From Dendrobates tinctorius (lineage: Eukaryota), in the NCBI RefSeq assembly GCF_039654945.1, contig NW_027361696.1:89652001-89716000 (forward strand): a stretch of DNA of 64,000 nucleotides, written 5' to 3'. The position numbers and the translations under genes were made by a program. Under the pieces are notes generated by a model that saw nothing but the letters and a program-made list of their open reading frames with translations, was not told the DNA's origin and made no database searches. Positions 47,400 through 60,587 of this stretch are shown piece by piece (within the stretch, counting starts at the first letter, position 1; every line of letters begins with the position of its first letter).

Positions 47400-48430
47400 A
47401 AAAGTATCAAGAAAATTATTTTTATTTAAATACAAAGTAGAGCAAAAAACAGGGGAGTGCATATAATAAACACCATGTAGCACATACAAAATAGATAAAA
47501 GACAGGTAGATAATGATGCAACTATGGTGTGACTAGGCAGATAAAATAAATGAAGTCAGTGAACATAAAATGGCGTTACAAAAATTACATCAAAGATAGC
47601 CGATAGTTCCACGGAAATGGGTAGAAATAGTTAATCCAAAAAGAGAGAGGCGTTACGTGATACAATTGTAAAGAAAAAGGGGAGGGGAGAGGAGACACTG
47701 AAGTGAAGGCAGCTCCTATGTAAACAAAGGAGACAGGCCGAGTCTATCACAATTGTGTGAAACACTTCAGAGAAAGTCTACCAGCCCCAAATTATCCATA
47801 CAGATCAGGCCAATCATCATTTACGTTACATCGAGATATACGAAACTATAAGGAAAAAAACAAAAACATACCCATAATGTCCGCCAGTCACGCCGAGGCC
47901 CCGACGTACATTTCGCTGTACCGCTTCCTCGGGGGGCAGTGTGTTCCAGTGCCAAGTCATTGCTTTAAATATCCCTCCCAGATAAAATGGTCCAATTCCC
48001 AGGCCACCCAGGTGAAGGTAGTAACGCGCCGCATCCAGTCAGCGCAAGGATACAAAATACCCGGCCCCACTACGTCACTTCCGGCGTCAGGAATGCCGCG
48101 TGTCAGGAACAAAGGTTCTGGTGACGTCAATGACACGCAGCATCCTGGATAGACCCCGCAAGGGGCGGAGCCATACCAGGAAGATCGTGGACATGCGCAG
48201 GTGCGGCGCCCACAAACAGGTCATAGGCACAGAAACGGCCATGATTAATGAGGGAATACACCCGATGTCAAGAAGTAAAGCCAATATCAATATAATAGAC
48301 TAAAACTAGAGAACAATGCCCATAATCTAATATATCCCAAATCCAACTAAGAAAGAGTAACAGGACCCGTTGAAGCGCAGTTGGCATGAAACGGCCATTG
48401 TCCACAGTTCACACATATCTCCCGAGCCTA
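47400..48430 (-). mobile_element. Penelope-like element pLTR/3' fragment
   Basis: Contains a minimal hammerhead; A-rich composition and a minus-strand AATAAA; layout parallels 61850-62800. Confidence 0.5.
47898..47937 (-). ncRNA. Minimal type I hammerhead ribozyme-like motif
   Basis: Minus strand reads GCCCC-CCGAGGA-A-GC-GGUACA-GC-GAAA-UGUACG-UC-GGGGC. Confidence 0.65.
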
Positions 48431-48997
48431 TGCTTTTTATCTGAAAAGCAAGCAGCACAGAAAGTGATGCAGCACAGGAATCAGGATTCCTGCCCCTACA
48501 TCATACTGCTCTCAGCTGAAATAGCAAAAAGCTGATGACAGATCTAATATATACTTATCTTGTAATGTCGCCACATCCTGTTCCGTTCAGATGTGTCCGG
48601 ATCCCAGAATTCCAAGCAGAGGAAGTTCACCGACCGCCATATTGGGACACCCAAGTGATGGCTGTCTCACACACACACTGTATATGCCGTGTGCACCACA
48701 CACAAACACACACTGTATACGCCATGCACAGCCTCTTGCATGGTACCACCAGCGAAACACCATTGCGAACATGCCACTGCCGGGATCAGCCGAATGATTC
48801 ATTGACCGCTGCCATCTTTGTACAGGTGGAGTGCATGCGCAGTTTTAATGTGACCGCCACTATCTGTTTGCACAAAGATGGCGGTGGTCTGATTTAATGC
48901 GCCTGCATGAATTCCGTGCAGGTGCAGTGAATCATTTGGCTGATCCTGGCGGCAGATGTGTGACATGTCTACAGGAAGAGGAAGTCGGTCACATTAA

Positions 48998-49286
48998 AGG
49001 GGTTTTCCCATGAATGAAAGTTAATTTTAAAAGTTGTCTGTGTCTGACAGAAAATACCACATCTCCTGGGCAGGGGAGGAAGCAAAAGACAATACTGACA
49101 TTACAGCAGGAGATCACAGAGGATTCATTTTGTGAGATAAAATATTTCACTGACTGTTTTTAAATAATATTTTACCTCACAAAATGTATCCTCTGCGTCT
49201 CCTGCTGTAATGTCAGTATTGTCTTTTGCTTCGTCCCCTGCCCAGGACAATTTTTAAAATGAACTTTCGTTCGTGGGAAAACCCCT
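48998..49286. mobile_element. Kolobok/T2-type MITE
   Basis: TTAA TSD; TIRs AGGGGTTTTCCCA / TGGGAAAACCCCT; long internal inverted repeat. Confidence 0.85.
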
Positions 49287-50062
49287 TTAAAAGGCAAATA
49301 TCAAAGCCAACATGACTCCTCCTAAAAAGTATGCCACTGACAATGAAAGGAGAGCAGCATATGCACAACATTGAAGACAAGAGAGAAAGCGCATAGGGGT
49401 GAGAGAGACAGAGCACAGAGGGGAGACAGCTCAAACGAGACAGCACATGAGGGGAGAACACAGCACAGGAAGGAGAGAGACAGCAGACAAGGGGGATAGC
49501 ACATGGGGTAGACAGGTAAAATTCTGTTTAAATACTGAGGTAAAATACTGACCAAACACTGAGGTAAAATACTGACCAAATACTGAGGTAAATTAATGAC
49601 CAAATATTAACCCCTTCACTACCAAGGGTGGTTTGCACGTTAACTTCCGGGCCAATTTTTACAATTCTGAAGACTGTCCCTTTATGAGGTGATAACTCTG
49701 GAACGCTTCCATGGATCCTGGTGATTGTGACATTGTTTTCTCGTGACATATTGTACTTCATGTTAGTGGTAAAATTTCATTCAAATAACTTGCATTTATT
49801 TGTGAAAAAAACAGAAATTTGGCGAAAATTTTTAAAATTTCACAATTTTCCAACTTTGAATTTTTATGCCCTTAAATCACAGAGATACGACACACAAAAA
49901 ACATAATAAATAACATTTCCCACATGTTTACTTTACATCAGCACAATTTTGGAACCCAAATTTTTTTTGTTAGGAATTTATAAGGGTTAAAAGTTGGCCA
50001 GCGATTTCTCATTTTTGCAACACCATTTTATTTTTACGGACCACATCACATTTGAAGCCACT

Positions 50063-50195
50063 TAGAATCATAGAATCATAGAATCATAGAATCGTAGAGT
50101 TGGAAGGGACCTCCTGGGCCATCTGGTCCAACCCCCTGCTCAAAGCAGGATTCGCTAAATCATCCCAGTCAGATGTCTGTCCAGCCTCTGTTTGA
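50063..50195 (-). mobile_element. CR1 LINE 3' end fragment
   Basis: (ATTCTATG)n 8-bp terminal repeats and the GGTCCCTTCCAAC 3' motif on the minus strand. Confidence 0.85.
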
Positions 50196-50286
50196 GGGGA
50201 GGCTGAGGGGTCTATATGATAGAAAATACCCAAAAGTGATACCATTCTAAAAACTGCACCCCATAAGGTGCTCAAAACCACATTCA

Positions 50287-50465
50287 GGCTATGGGCCTGA
50301 TGCGATTCCGCCACGGAAAAAAGCGCAGCATTAGCACAGCATGTGCGGAATGCCATAGGAATACATGGGGTGTGTCATGTACAAGATTTTTAAACATTTT
50401 CGCAGCGTTTTCGCACCGAAAATCGCAGCAAAAATGCTTAAAAATCGCATCGTGGGCACACAGCC
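50287..50465. mobile_element. Small Harbinger-type MITE
   Basis: 3-bp TSD TCA; ends GGCTATGGGCC / GGGCACACAGCC. Confidence 0.65.
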
Positions 50466-50469
50466 TCAA

Positions 50470-52350
50470 GAAGTTTATTAATCCTTCAGGTGCGTCACAG
50501 GAATTTTTTTGAATATTTTAAAAAAAATGAACATTTTACTTTTTTTCACAAAAAAATACTTCAGGGTCAATTTTTTTTATTTTACCAAGGGTAACAGGAG
50601 AAATTGGACTGCAAAAGTTATTGTGCAGTTTGTCCTGAGTACGCTGTTACCTGATATGTGGGGGGAACCACTGTTTCGGCACATGGCAGAGCTCAGAAGG
50701 GAAGGAGCGCCGTTTGACTTTTTCAATGCAAAATTGGCTGGAATTCAGATCGGACGCCATGTCACGTTTGGAGAGCCCCTGATGTATCTAAACAGTGGAA
50801 ACCCCCCACAAGTGACCCCATTTTGGAAACTAGACCCCCAAGGAACTTATCTAGATGTGTGGTGAGAACTTTGAACCCACAAGGGCTTCACAGAAGTTTA
50901 TAACGTACAGCGGAACAATTAAAAAAATCATATTTTTCCACAAAAATGATCTTTTCACCCCCAATTTTTATTTTCCCAAGGGTAACAGGGCCCTAAAAGT
51001 TATTGTACGATTTGTCCTGAGTATGCTGATACCCCATAAGTGGGTGTAAACGACTATTTGGGCGCATGGCAGAGCTCAGAAGGGAAGCAACGCCAATTGA
51101 CTTTTTTGGCTGGAATTGAGATCGGACACCATGTCGCGATTGGAAAACCCCTGATGTACCAAAACAGTGGAAACCCCCCACAAATGACACCATTTTGGAA
51201 ACTAGACCCCCCCAAGCAACTCATCTAGATGTGTGGTGAGCACTTGAACCCCCAGTGCTTCACAGAAGTTTCTAACGCCCGGGCGTGAAAATAAAAAAAT
51301 CGTATTTTTTCCACAAACATGATCTTTTAGTCACCAATTTTTTTATTTTCCCAAGGGTACCAGGAGAAATTGGACACCAAAAGTTGTTGTCCAATTTGTC
51401 CTGAGTACGCTGATAACCCATATGTGGGAGAAAACTACTGTATGGGCACACGTCTGTGCTCGGAAGGGAAGTGGTGACGTTTTGGAATGCAGACTTTGAT
51501 GAATGGTCTGCGGGTGTCATGTGCGTTTGGAGAGCCCCTAATATACCTAAACAGTGGAAACCCCCCACAAATGACCCCATTCTGGAAACTAGACCCCCTA
51601 AGGAACTTATCTAAATGTGTGGTTAGCACTTTGAACCCTCCAGTGCTTCACAGAAGTTTATAACGACCGGGTGTGAAAATAAAAAAATCGTATTTTTTCA
51701 GCAAACATGATCTTTTAGTCCCCATTATTTTATTTTCCCAAGGGTAACAGGAGAAATTGGACCCCAAAAGTTGTTGTCCAATTTGTCCTGAGTATGCTGA
51801 TACCTCATATGTGGGAGAAAACTGCTGTATGGGCACACGTCAGGGCTCAGGAGGGAAGTCGTGACGTTTTGGAATGCAGACTTTGATGGAATGGTCTGCG
51901 GGTGTCATGTGCGTTTGGAGAGCCCCTGATGTACCTAAGCTATTGAAACTCCCCACAAGTGACCCCATTTTGGAAACTAGACCCCCCCAAGGAACTTATC
52001 TAGATGTGTGGTGAGCACTTTGAACCCCCAAGTGCTTCACAAAAGTTTATAACGCCCGGGCGTGAAAATAAAAAAATCATTTTTTTCCACAAAAATGATA
52101 TTTTTGCCCCCAATTTTTTATTTTCCTAAGGGTAACAGGAGAAATTGGACCACAAAAGTTGTTTTGCAATTTGTCCTGAGTAGGCTGATACCCCATATGT
52201 GGGGATAAACCACTGTTTCGGTGCATGGCAGAGCTTTGAAGGGAAGGAGCACCATTTGACTTTTTCAATGCAGAATTGGCTGGAATTGAGATCAGACGCC
52301 ATGTTGCATTTGGAGAGCCCCTGATGTGCCCAATCAGTGGAAACCCCCCA
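50470..52350. repeat. About 370-390-bp tandem array (about 5 units) inside the piggyBac-like element
   Basis: GGAAACTAGACCCC recurs at about 50825, 51197, 51585 and 51972. Confidence 0.9.
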
Positions 52351-52361
52351 ATTATAACTCC

Positions 52362-52470
52362 AACCCTAACCCCAACACACCCCTAACCCTAATCTCAGCT
52401 TTAACTCTAGCCCTAACCCTAGCCCTAACCCTAACCCTGCCCTAACTCTAACCCTAACCCTAGCCCTAAT
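52362..52470. repeat. Degenerate telomere-like (CCCTAA)n tract
   Basis: CCCTAA/CCCTAG/CTCTAA hexamers. Confidence 0.85.
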
Positions 52471-55400
52471 GGGAAAATGGAAATAAATACATTTTTTTTA
52501 TTTTATTTTTTTTCCATAACTAAGGGGGTGATAATGGTGGTTTTGATTTACTATTTATGGCGGTTTTGATGTTTGGCAGCTGTCACATACTAAAAGACAC
52601 TTTTTATTGTTAAAATAGTTTTTGCATCACCACATATTGAGAGCTATAATTTTTTCAGATTTTGATGCACCGAGTCATGTGAGGTCTTATTTTTTGCAGG
52701 ATGAGTTGACGTTTTTATTGGTACCATTTTCAGGCATGTGACATCTTTTGATCGCTTTTTATTCCTATTTTTGGGACGCAGAATGAACAAAAACCAGCAT
52801 TTCATGAATTTCTTTTGGGGGGTGCGTTTACACCGTTCTGCCTGCGGTAAAATTGATAAAGCGGTTTTATTCTTTGGGTCAGTACGGTTACAGCGATACC
52901 TCATTTAGGTCGTTTTTTTATGTTTAGGCGCTTTTATGCAATGAAAACAATTTTATATAAAAAATAATTATTTTTGCATCGCTTTATTCTGTGAGCTATA
53001 ACTTTTTTATTTTTTTGCTGATGATGCTGTGTGGCAGCTCTTTTTTTGCGGGACAAGATGACGTTTTCAGCGGTACCATGGATATTTATGTTTGTCTTTT
53101 TGATGGCTCGTTATTGCACTTTTTGTTCGTTGGTATGATAATAAATCATTATTTTTTGCTTCGTTTTTTATTTTTTAAGAGGTTCGCTTAAGGGGTTAAC
53201 TAATGGGACAGTTTTATAGGGCGTGTCATTACGGACGTGGCGATACCAAATATGTGTACTTTTATTGTTTTTTTTTATTTCCAAAAAATGAATTTATTTG
53301 GGAATATTTTTTTTTTTCATTTATTTAGCTATTTTTTTAAATTATTTTTACACTTTTTTTTTAACTTTATTACATTGTCCCAGGGGGGGACATAACTGTC
53401 ATGTGACAGATCGCTGATCTGTCACATCACAGATCACTGTTACAGATCAGTGATCTGTCACAGGCACTGCACAAGGCTTCCTCCTTGCCTGCTCTTTGCA
53501 GGCACTGAGGAAGCCAGCTCCCTGCAGGCCCCCGTCACCACCTTGGATCCGGGGACCTGCAGGGAAAGAGCCCCCCGTAGCAGCGCTGCACATTGCGCTG
53601 CTGTAGGGGGCTCAGGGAAGCACGGAGGGAGCCCCCTCCCTACCGATGCTTCCCTTTAACTCCCGGTACACCGCGATCGTGTTTGATCGCGGTGTGCAAG
53701 GGGTTAACGTGTCGGAGACGGTCCATGACCGCCCCTGACACATTGTGCCGGTTGTCAGCTGTGATAATCAACTGACACCCGGCCGCGATCAGCGGCGCTC
53801 ACCACTTGGGCGCTGCTGATCGCTGTGACGTAATATTCCGTCCATGGGAATTAGGTCCAGGGTCACATGGATGGAATATTACGTCCATTGTAGGTAAGGG
53901 GTTAAGGTAAAATACTGATGAAACACTGAGATAAAATACTGACCAAATACTGAGGAAAAATACTAAAACACTGAGGTAAAATACTGACCAAATACTAAAG
54001 TAAAATACTCACCAAACACTGAAATAGAATACTATCCAAATACTGTGGTAAAATACTAAAACACTGAGATAAAATACTGATTAAATAGTGAGATAAAATA
54101 CCAACCAAACACTAAGGTAAAATACTGACCAAACTCAGAGGTAAAATACGGACCAAACTCAGAGGTAAAATACTGACCAAACACTGAAGTAAACCACTGA
54201 CCAAATACTGAGCTAAAATACTGACCAAATACTGAGGTAAAATACTGACCAAACACTGAGGTAAAATACCGACAGAACACTGAGGTAATATACTGACCAA
54301 ACACTGAGGTAAGCCACTGACCAAATACTAAGGTAAAATGCTGACCAAATACTGAGGTAAAATACCGACAGAACACTGAGGTAATATACTGACCAAACAC
54401 TGAGGTAAGCCACTGACCAAATACTAAGGTAAAATGCTGACCAAATACTGAAGTAAAATACCGACAGAACACTGAGGTAATATACTGACCAAACACTGAG
54501 GTAAGCCACTGACCAAATACTAAGGTAAAATGCTGACCAAATACTGAGGTAAAATACCGACAGAACACTGAGGTAATATACTGACCAAACACTGAGGTAA
54601 GCCACTGACCAAATACTAAGGTAAAATGCTGACCAAATACTGAAGTAAAATACTGATAAAACATTGAGATAAAATACTGACCAAATACTGAGGTAAAATA
54701 CTAAAACACTGAGGTAAATACTGATTAAATACTGAGGTAAAACACTTACTAAACACTGAGGTAAAATACTGACCAAATATATGGGAGCACCTATGGGAGC
54801 GTGGAATAATGCGCTCCCTTTTGGGCATGTGTTAAACATCGCTGTCAGAGATTGACAGTAGGATTTAACAGGCTAACAGCCGCGGGTAGAGCACATGATG
54901 GCTGATAAAATCACCTGTCGTGCAGAGAAAGATGCGAGCTTGACTTGTGAGCCTGCATCAAAGGCAGAGATATGATGTAAGTTTACATCATATGTTGTGA
55001 AAAGGTTAAGACAAACATTTAATCATAAATTGTTAAATTAATATTCACCTAATACTAAACCAATGTGGAAGATATTGATAAGGTGATTTGCTGCAAGGTC
55101 ATCTTCATTGGCTCCATTCATGTGTTTTGTAACCTCCAAAGGATTTTCTGGAGACCAACCCTGAATCATTTATCCCATGGATAAACCATCATAGGGCTCA
55201 ACGTCCAGTATTTAGGGAGTAGAGAAACAGTACAGTGCCTTGTGTCGGGGTCTTTTCCGATTATTTAGTGTTACCCATTGTCCTTCACGAAAGGCAAAGA
55301 TCCTGCAGAATGTGACAAACGTGACCTTCAAGTGCATATTTGATGTTCTAGGAGAAAAATGTACATTCAAAAACCAGCAATGCATAGTTATAAAATAATC

Positions 55401-55875
55401 AATGTGTTGTCAGACTCGGAAGAGAAAAAATAGTGCCTGAGCAGGTAAATGTGTTGTGTTATTGATCTCCATGTGCTGCGAGGGTGATATAATGCTTGAT
55501 CTGTGGTTAGCGATTACAGATCACACAATACATGAAGAGAAGCCAGGCTTGTATTTCACGAAAGCCAATGAGCAAACCATTAAAATAAACAAAGACGTGA
55601 AAAGCATAAACACACACGTAAAATATGCCAATAAAATCATCATGTGATCCTTGTTTTGTCCAAACGCATCTGATATTTTCCCATAAGCCTTTACTGTAAT
55701 GTGTAGACCATATTTGCACACTATGGATTTTACCGACATCCATAAGCCAAAAACTCGGATTTCTGCTACAGATTGACTAGTGGATTTGAACACGTATTAA
55801 TATACAAGACCTCACATTGCTGGTATATTTGCATTCTGTCAGGAGTCAGGCATTGATTGTGTGAACACAGCCTTA

Positions 55876-56372
55876 GGCCGGTTTCACACTAGCGCATTTT
55901 CAGCGCGCGCACGGCCGGGGTAGCTCCGCCCCCGATCCGGCTCTCTGCCCGGCGTGCCCGCCCCTTCCTTGTAGCGCCGCCTCCTAGCGGACAGCGGCGC
56001 CTGCGATCGGCGCACCCTATCTTTAGCATAGGGTGCGCCGATCGTGCGCAGGCCGTGCGCTAGTTGCGCTTTGACCTGCGCTGCGCACTTTTGACGGTGC
56101 GCCGTGCGCGCCAAAATCCGAAAAGTTTGATTTTGGCGCGCACGGCGCACCGTCAAAAGTGCGCAGCGCAGGTCAAAACGCAACTAGCGCACGGCCTGCG
56201 CACGATCGGCGCACCCTATGCTAAAGATAGGGTGCGCCGATCGCAGGCGCCGCTGTCCGCTAGGAGGCGGCGCTACAAGGAAGGGGCGGGCACGCCGGGC
56301 AGAGAGCCGGCTCGGGGGCGGAGCTACCCCCGGCCGTGCGCGCGTTGAAAATGCGCTAGTGTGAAACCGGCC
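55876..56372. mobile_element. 497-bp GC-rich palindromic Harbinger MITE, copy 2
   Basis: TTA TSD; TIRs GGCCGGTTTCACACTAGCGC / GCGCTAGTGTGAAACCGGCC. Confidence 0.92.
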
Positions 56373-56709
56373 TTAGTTTGACAGCACCACAGTCTTACAG
56401 ATCCCATATACAGACAATATATGAATAAAATGGAGAAAACTGGTAAATACATTACATTATTGATCTTGCAATGATTCTGGCTGCATTATAAGTAATGAAG
56501 CCAAGATACATCTGAGGGCATTATTTGTCTTGACTTGGCTGCGGCACTGACGTCAGCATAGATGGCAATGTCATGTGCTGTGTATGACACCAAGGACGTC
56601 AATAAAAATTGGTCGAAGGCATTGGCACTATGACAATGGCTTATTATTTAAAGGTCAGTATTTCAGTATTTGTTATACTGACATATTAGGAAGATGGAGC
56701 CTGACTTAA

Positions 56710-57111
56710 ACAAAATCTGTCAGCAGATGATTTTTTATATGTAATCAGAGAGCAGCAGGAAGTTGGAGCAGAGACCCTGATTCCAGCGATATATCACTAA
56801 CAGGGCTGTGCTTTGTTGTTTCAAAAAAAAAAAAAAATAAGTGTTTTATCAGCAGGAGTTTATCACTACAGGACTAGGTGTCCTGTTCCTCATAGTCCTA
56901 CCTCACACTTTCTACTGGTTAGCAGCTTTCTATCAATATATAGTGTACACAAAAAGCAGCCAATCAGTGGTGTGGGCAGAGTCATACAGGAGCTCAGCAT
57001 TCAGAGCTCTGATAGATCTGTAGGATGGATAAGTGATGCATCACTGGGAATCAGGGTTCTTAGATTATGCTGCACTCACATTATATAGCAGAAACCTGTT
57101 TCACATTCCCA
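56710..57111. mobile_element. Decayed Kolobok/T2-type MITE
   Basis: TTAA at both ends; AATCTGTCAGCAG-like terminus; inverted ACCCTGATTCCAGCGAT / ATCACTGGGAATCAGGGT. Confidence 0.5.
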
Positions 57112-58030
57112 TTAAATGGTTTTACTATTTTCATTAAGGGCTCATACTCATATGTGTAAAAAACAGACAAGTGCAATCTGATAAAAAAAAATCGGATTGC
57201 ACTATGACTAATGTTATTCTATGATTCCCCGCCCATTGCAATTTTTTCTTCAGCTCAGATCGGGCTGAGAAAAAAATAGCAGCATGCTGCAATTTGCCGC
57301 ATATATCAGACGAGACTGGCCAATGCAAGTCAATTGGTGCGGAAAAAAAATCACACACTACCCAGACCATACATGTCTAGTCCAATTTTTACGCACTCAT
57401 ATCCCTAGAAAACCCGACATTTCATCAGCCAGTAATACAGTAAATTCACTGTATGACCCGACAGAATGGAATAGATATATACATTGAATAGATAGATAGA
57501 AAAAATGTCAGTAACATATATAATTAGTGCAACGCATGTGTAGTTTAATGTTCATTTATTTAGCTAATAAATAACTTAAAGAAAATAATGGAGTCGCGTC
57601 CCCTGAAATTTTAATAACCAGCTGAGGAAAAGATGATAGCAGGGGGCCGATGTTTATAGCCTTGGAAGGGGGTAATAAACATGGAGCTATCTAAGCCATT
57701 AATGTCAGCTGACAGCTGTATACTTAGCCCTTACTGCTTATTAAAATAGGGGGCCCCAAAAAAATGACATGGAACCCCCCTATAATTAGAAACCAGAAAA
57801 GACTAGGAAGACAGCTGGGGACTTATATTAATAGTCTGGGAAGGGGCCATGGACCTTGGCACCCTCCCAGACTAAAAATATCAGCTCTCAACTGCTCCAG
57901 AAATGTCACATCCATAAGATGCACCAATTGTGGCTCTTAGCCTCCACTCTTCCTACTGGCCCTGGTGCTAGTAATGAAGAGGCGTCTATAAGACACCCAC
58001 TTTACTAACCCCCCATAGTCAAATTGGTAA

Positions 58031-58846
58031 GGCTGGAGTCACACTACCATAGAATACGGCCGAGTGCTATGTGAGAAAACATCGCATAGCACTTCGCCCA
58101 GTGATAATATATGGGGCAGCTAACATCAGCGTTTATTTTCTCAACCGTATTCAGCGTGCATGTAAAATCGCAGCCCCCTTCCCAGGCTATAAACATTGGC
58201 CCCCAGCCGCTGGCTTTCCCTCTACTGGTTATGAAAATTACACGAGAGCCCACACCATTTTTTTTTCAGAAAAATTATATTTTAATAATTAAATACATAT
58301 ACAGTAAGCTGCACACACACTGTGTTGTATTTGTCACAGACATCTGTATATCTACTTATTCTATGTTTAGTTACTGTACTGTATGTAATCCATCTCTTCT
58401 ATCCTGGCGATTCATGCTGTGATTTTACACTACGCGGTTTCTGAATTGCTTTTCACCTATCTATCTAATTTATATACATATATACAGTATGTGTGTGTCA
58501 CTGACATCTATATATCTATTTATTCTATGTTTATATATCTATTCTATCTATTCTATTCTAACCTGTCACTCTGTGATTTTACTGCACGTGGCACATGAAT
58601 TGCCGGCTGTATTTGAGTGTGTGTCTTGATGAATATTTCATTTGAAAACGATGTGTAAATGACAGAGACGTGCTCTATCTAAAAGCTCATGTTAAAATCG
58701 CATTGCAATTGGATAGCAATCGCACTGCATTCGGATGTAAATTGGATGTTAGGTGTAGAAGATCGGATTGTACTCGCATGACAATTGTGCAACTCTCGGC
58801 AGGGAGACTCGGACCAATTTTTCATACATTTAGTGTGATTCCGGCC
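58031..58846. mobile_element. Harbinger-type non-autonomous element
   Basis: TAA TSD; TIRs GGCTGGAGTCACACTA / TAGTGTGATTCCGGCC. Confidence 0.75.
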
Positions 58847-59999
58847 TAAGAAAGAAAACACACAGCCACAGTGTCACAAACACAGCATCAGTATCTCATG
58901 GTGATGTGAATAAGGTGAGCGGAGTTCGCCGATGTCACCGCTAGTGGTGTGAGAACATTTTCAATCTAGCGGTGATGTCAGTGAAATGAACAGAGTTCAT
59001 TAGCTATTCATATCACCACAAAACACTTATGCTGTGCTATCACGTGCAGCTCAGTGTCTCTGCTGGATGCCAGGCTGAATGCTCACATCATTCCAACATT
59101 CAGCATGACATCAAAATGTAGAAGAGCTATACTCTTTGTGTGACAAATTGATTATCTTCTCATCGGACAGGTGAGGAATATGGTGGTTTAATATTTTCAA
59201 TTGTTCAATGATAAATGAGTAAAAGAGGGTGGGGAGTCTTTATTTCAAATAAGGGACTTTATTCAGGCTGGTTTTTTTTTCAATTTGACTATCTGGTTAG
59301 TAATGGTGGTGTGTTATAGGTGCTTCTCCATTACCTACCCTTGGGCTTGATGTCAGCTGCCAATACAAATCTGACATCAACGAGCAGAGACTAAGCAGAA
59401 GAATTGTCTCATTTCTGGGGCTACTGAGAGCTGATGTTTTTATTTTGGGAGTGGGCCTATATCCATGGCCGGTTCCTAGCCTATTAATATCAGTGTGCAG
59501 CTGTCTTCCCAGCCTTTGCTGGTTATTAATTATAGGGGGGCCCCATGTTATTTTTGGGGGCAAGCACTGTTGTGAAGCTAGCCAGGATCACTAGAGAGCT
59601 CTGTTACTTCGTAATGCTGGCCAGCTTCATTCAGCACAATGCTTACTAGCTAGACCACAATGGTGGTTGTTCTCAACAACAATCAAGCAGAAAAGTGTTA
59701 ATATCACAAGATTTTAATAAGGAGTAAATTGTAAAAGTGTTTGTTTTTACAAGTACTATCTAATAATATAAATTTATAAAGATGGTATTAACCCTTTAAA
59801 GACTTGACTAGGAGAAATGCTTTAGGAACTGCTGATACTGAGGGCTGGAGATTGTCATAGTATAGGACTGATAAAAAGCAGCTTGGTCAGGGACTGATAA
59901 GGAAGAAGAAATGAGTAAGTATCTAATTGCTGTGTACAAATCAATGGGCTGTAGAGAGATGACTGGGATCTTTGAGTTAATTCCTCTCCTAGAATGTAA

Positions 60000-60587
60000 G
60001 GACCCCATCACACATAGTGACTCACCAGCAATCCCGACAACGATATCAACGTGTCAGGATCGCTGGTGATTCGCTACATGATCGCTGGTGAGCTGTCAAA
60101 CAGACAGCTTCACCAGCCATCAGTACCAGCGACGCCGAGCGCGCGGCATCGCTGTGTACTTTAGTTACCAGCGCGCTGATGCAGGGAGCTGGCAACTAAG
60201 GTGCACATTGGGTTTCTATGGAGCGTGCGTCACTTAGAAACCCGATGTGTACCTTGGTTACCAGCTCATTGCATCAGCGCGCTGGTAACTAAGGTACACA
60301 TTGGGTTTCTAGGCGCTGCGCGCCCCTTAGAAACCCTAGTTACCAGCTCCTGCTCACTGGTCGCTGGTCTCCCGCCTGTCACATGCAGCGATGTGTGCTG
60401 GCCAGTGGGAGACCAGTGACCCCAAAAATGTCCAGAGGTTTCCACAGCGATCAGCGATACCGGCAGGGGGGGCGGTTGCTGATAGCTGTCACACACAGCG
60501 ATCTCGCTGGTGAGATCGCTGTTGCGTCACAAAACTTGTGCCTCAGCAGAGACCTCGCTAGCGAGATCGCTATGTGTGACGACTTAC
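60000..60587. mobile_element. Harbinger-type MITE with internal repeats
   Basis: TAA flanks; inverted TCACACATAG / CTATGTGTGA; internal GTTACCAG/CTGGTAAC and ATCGCT repeats. Confidence 0.65.

Larger units (their letters stand above)
49611..53901. mobile_element. 4.3-kb non-autonomous piggyBac-like element
   Basis: TTAA on both sides (49607-49610, 53902-53905); termini CCCCTT.../...AAGGGG; no transposase; internal tandem array. Confidence 0.85.
49528..54780. repeat. 24-bp minisatellite ACTGAGGTAAAATACTGACCAAAY, split by a piggyBac-like insertion (49528-49606 and 53906-54780)
   Basis: Direct reading; 96-bp higher-order repeat at about 54255-54640. Confidence 0.9.

Noticed and set aside
52362-52470. 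True telomere or chromosome fusion site
   Set aside because: Short, degenerate, single orientation and internal to a TTAA-flanked element.
54056-54839. 200-aa FTSVFGQ repeat ORFs
   Set aside because: They are translations of the 24-bp minisatellite.
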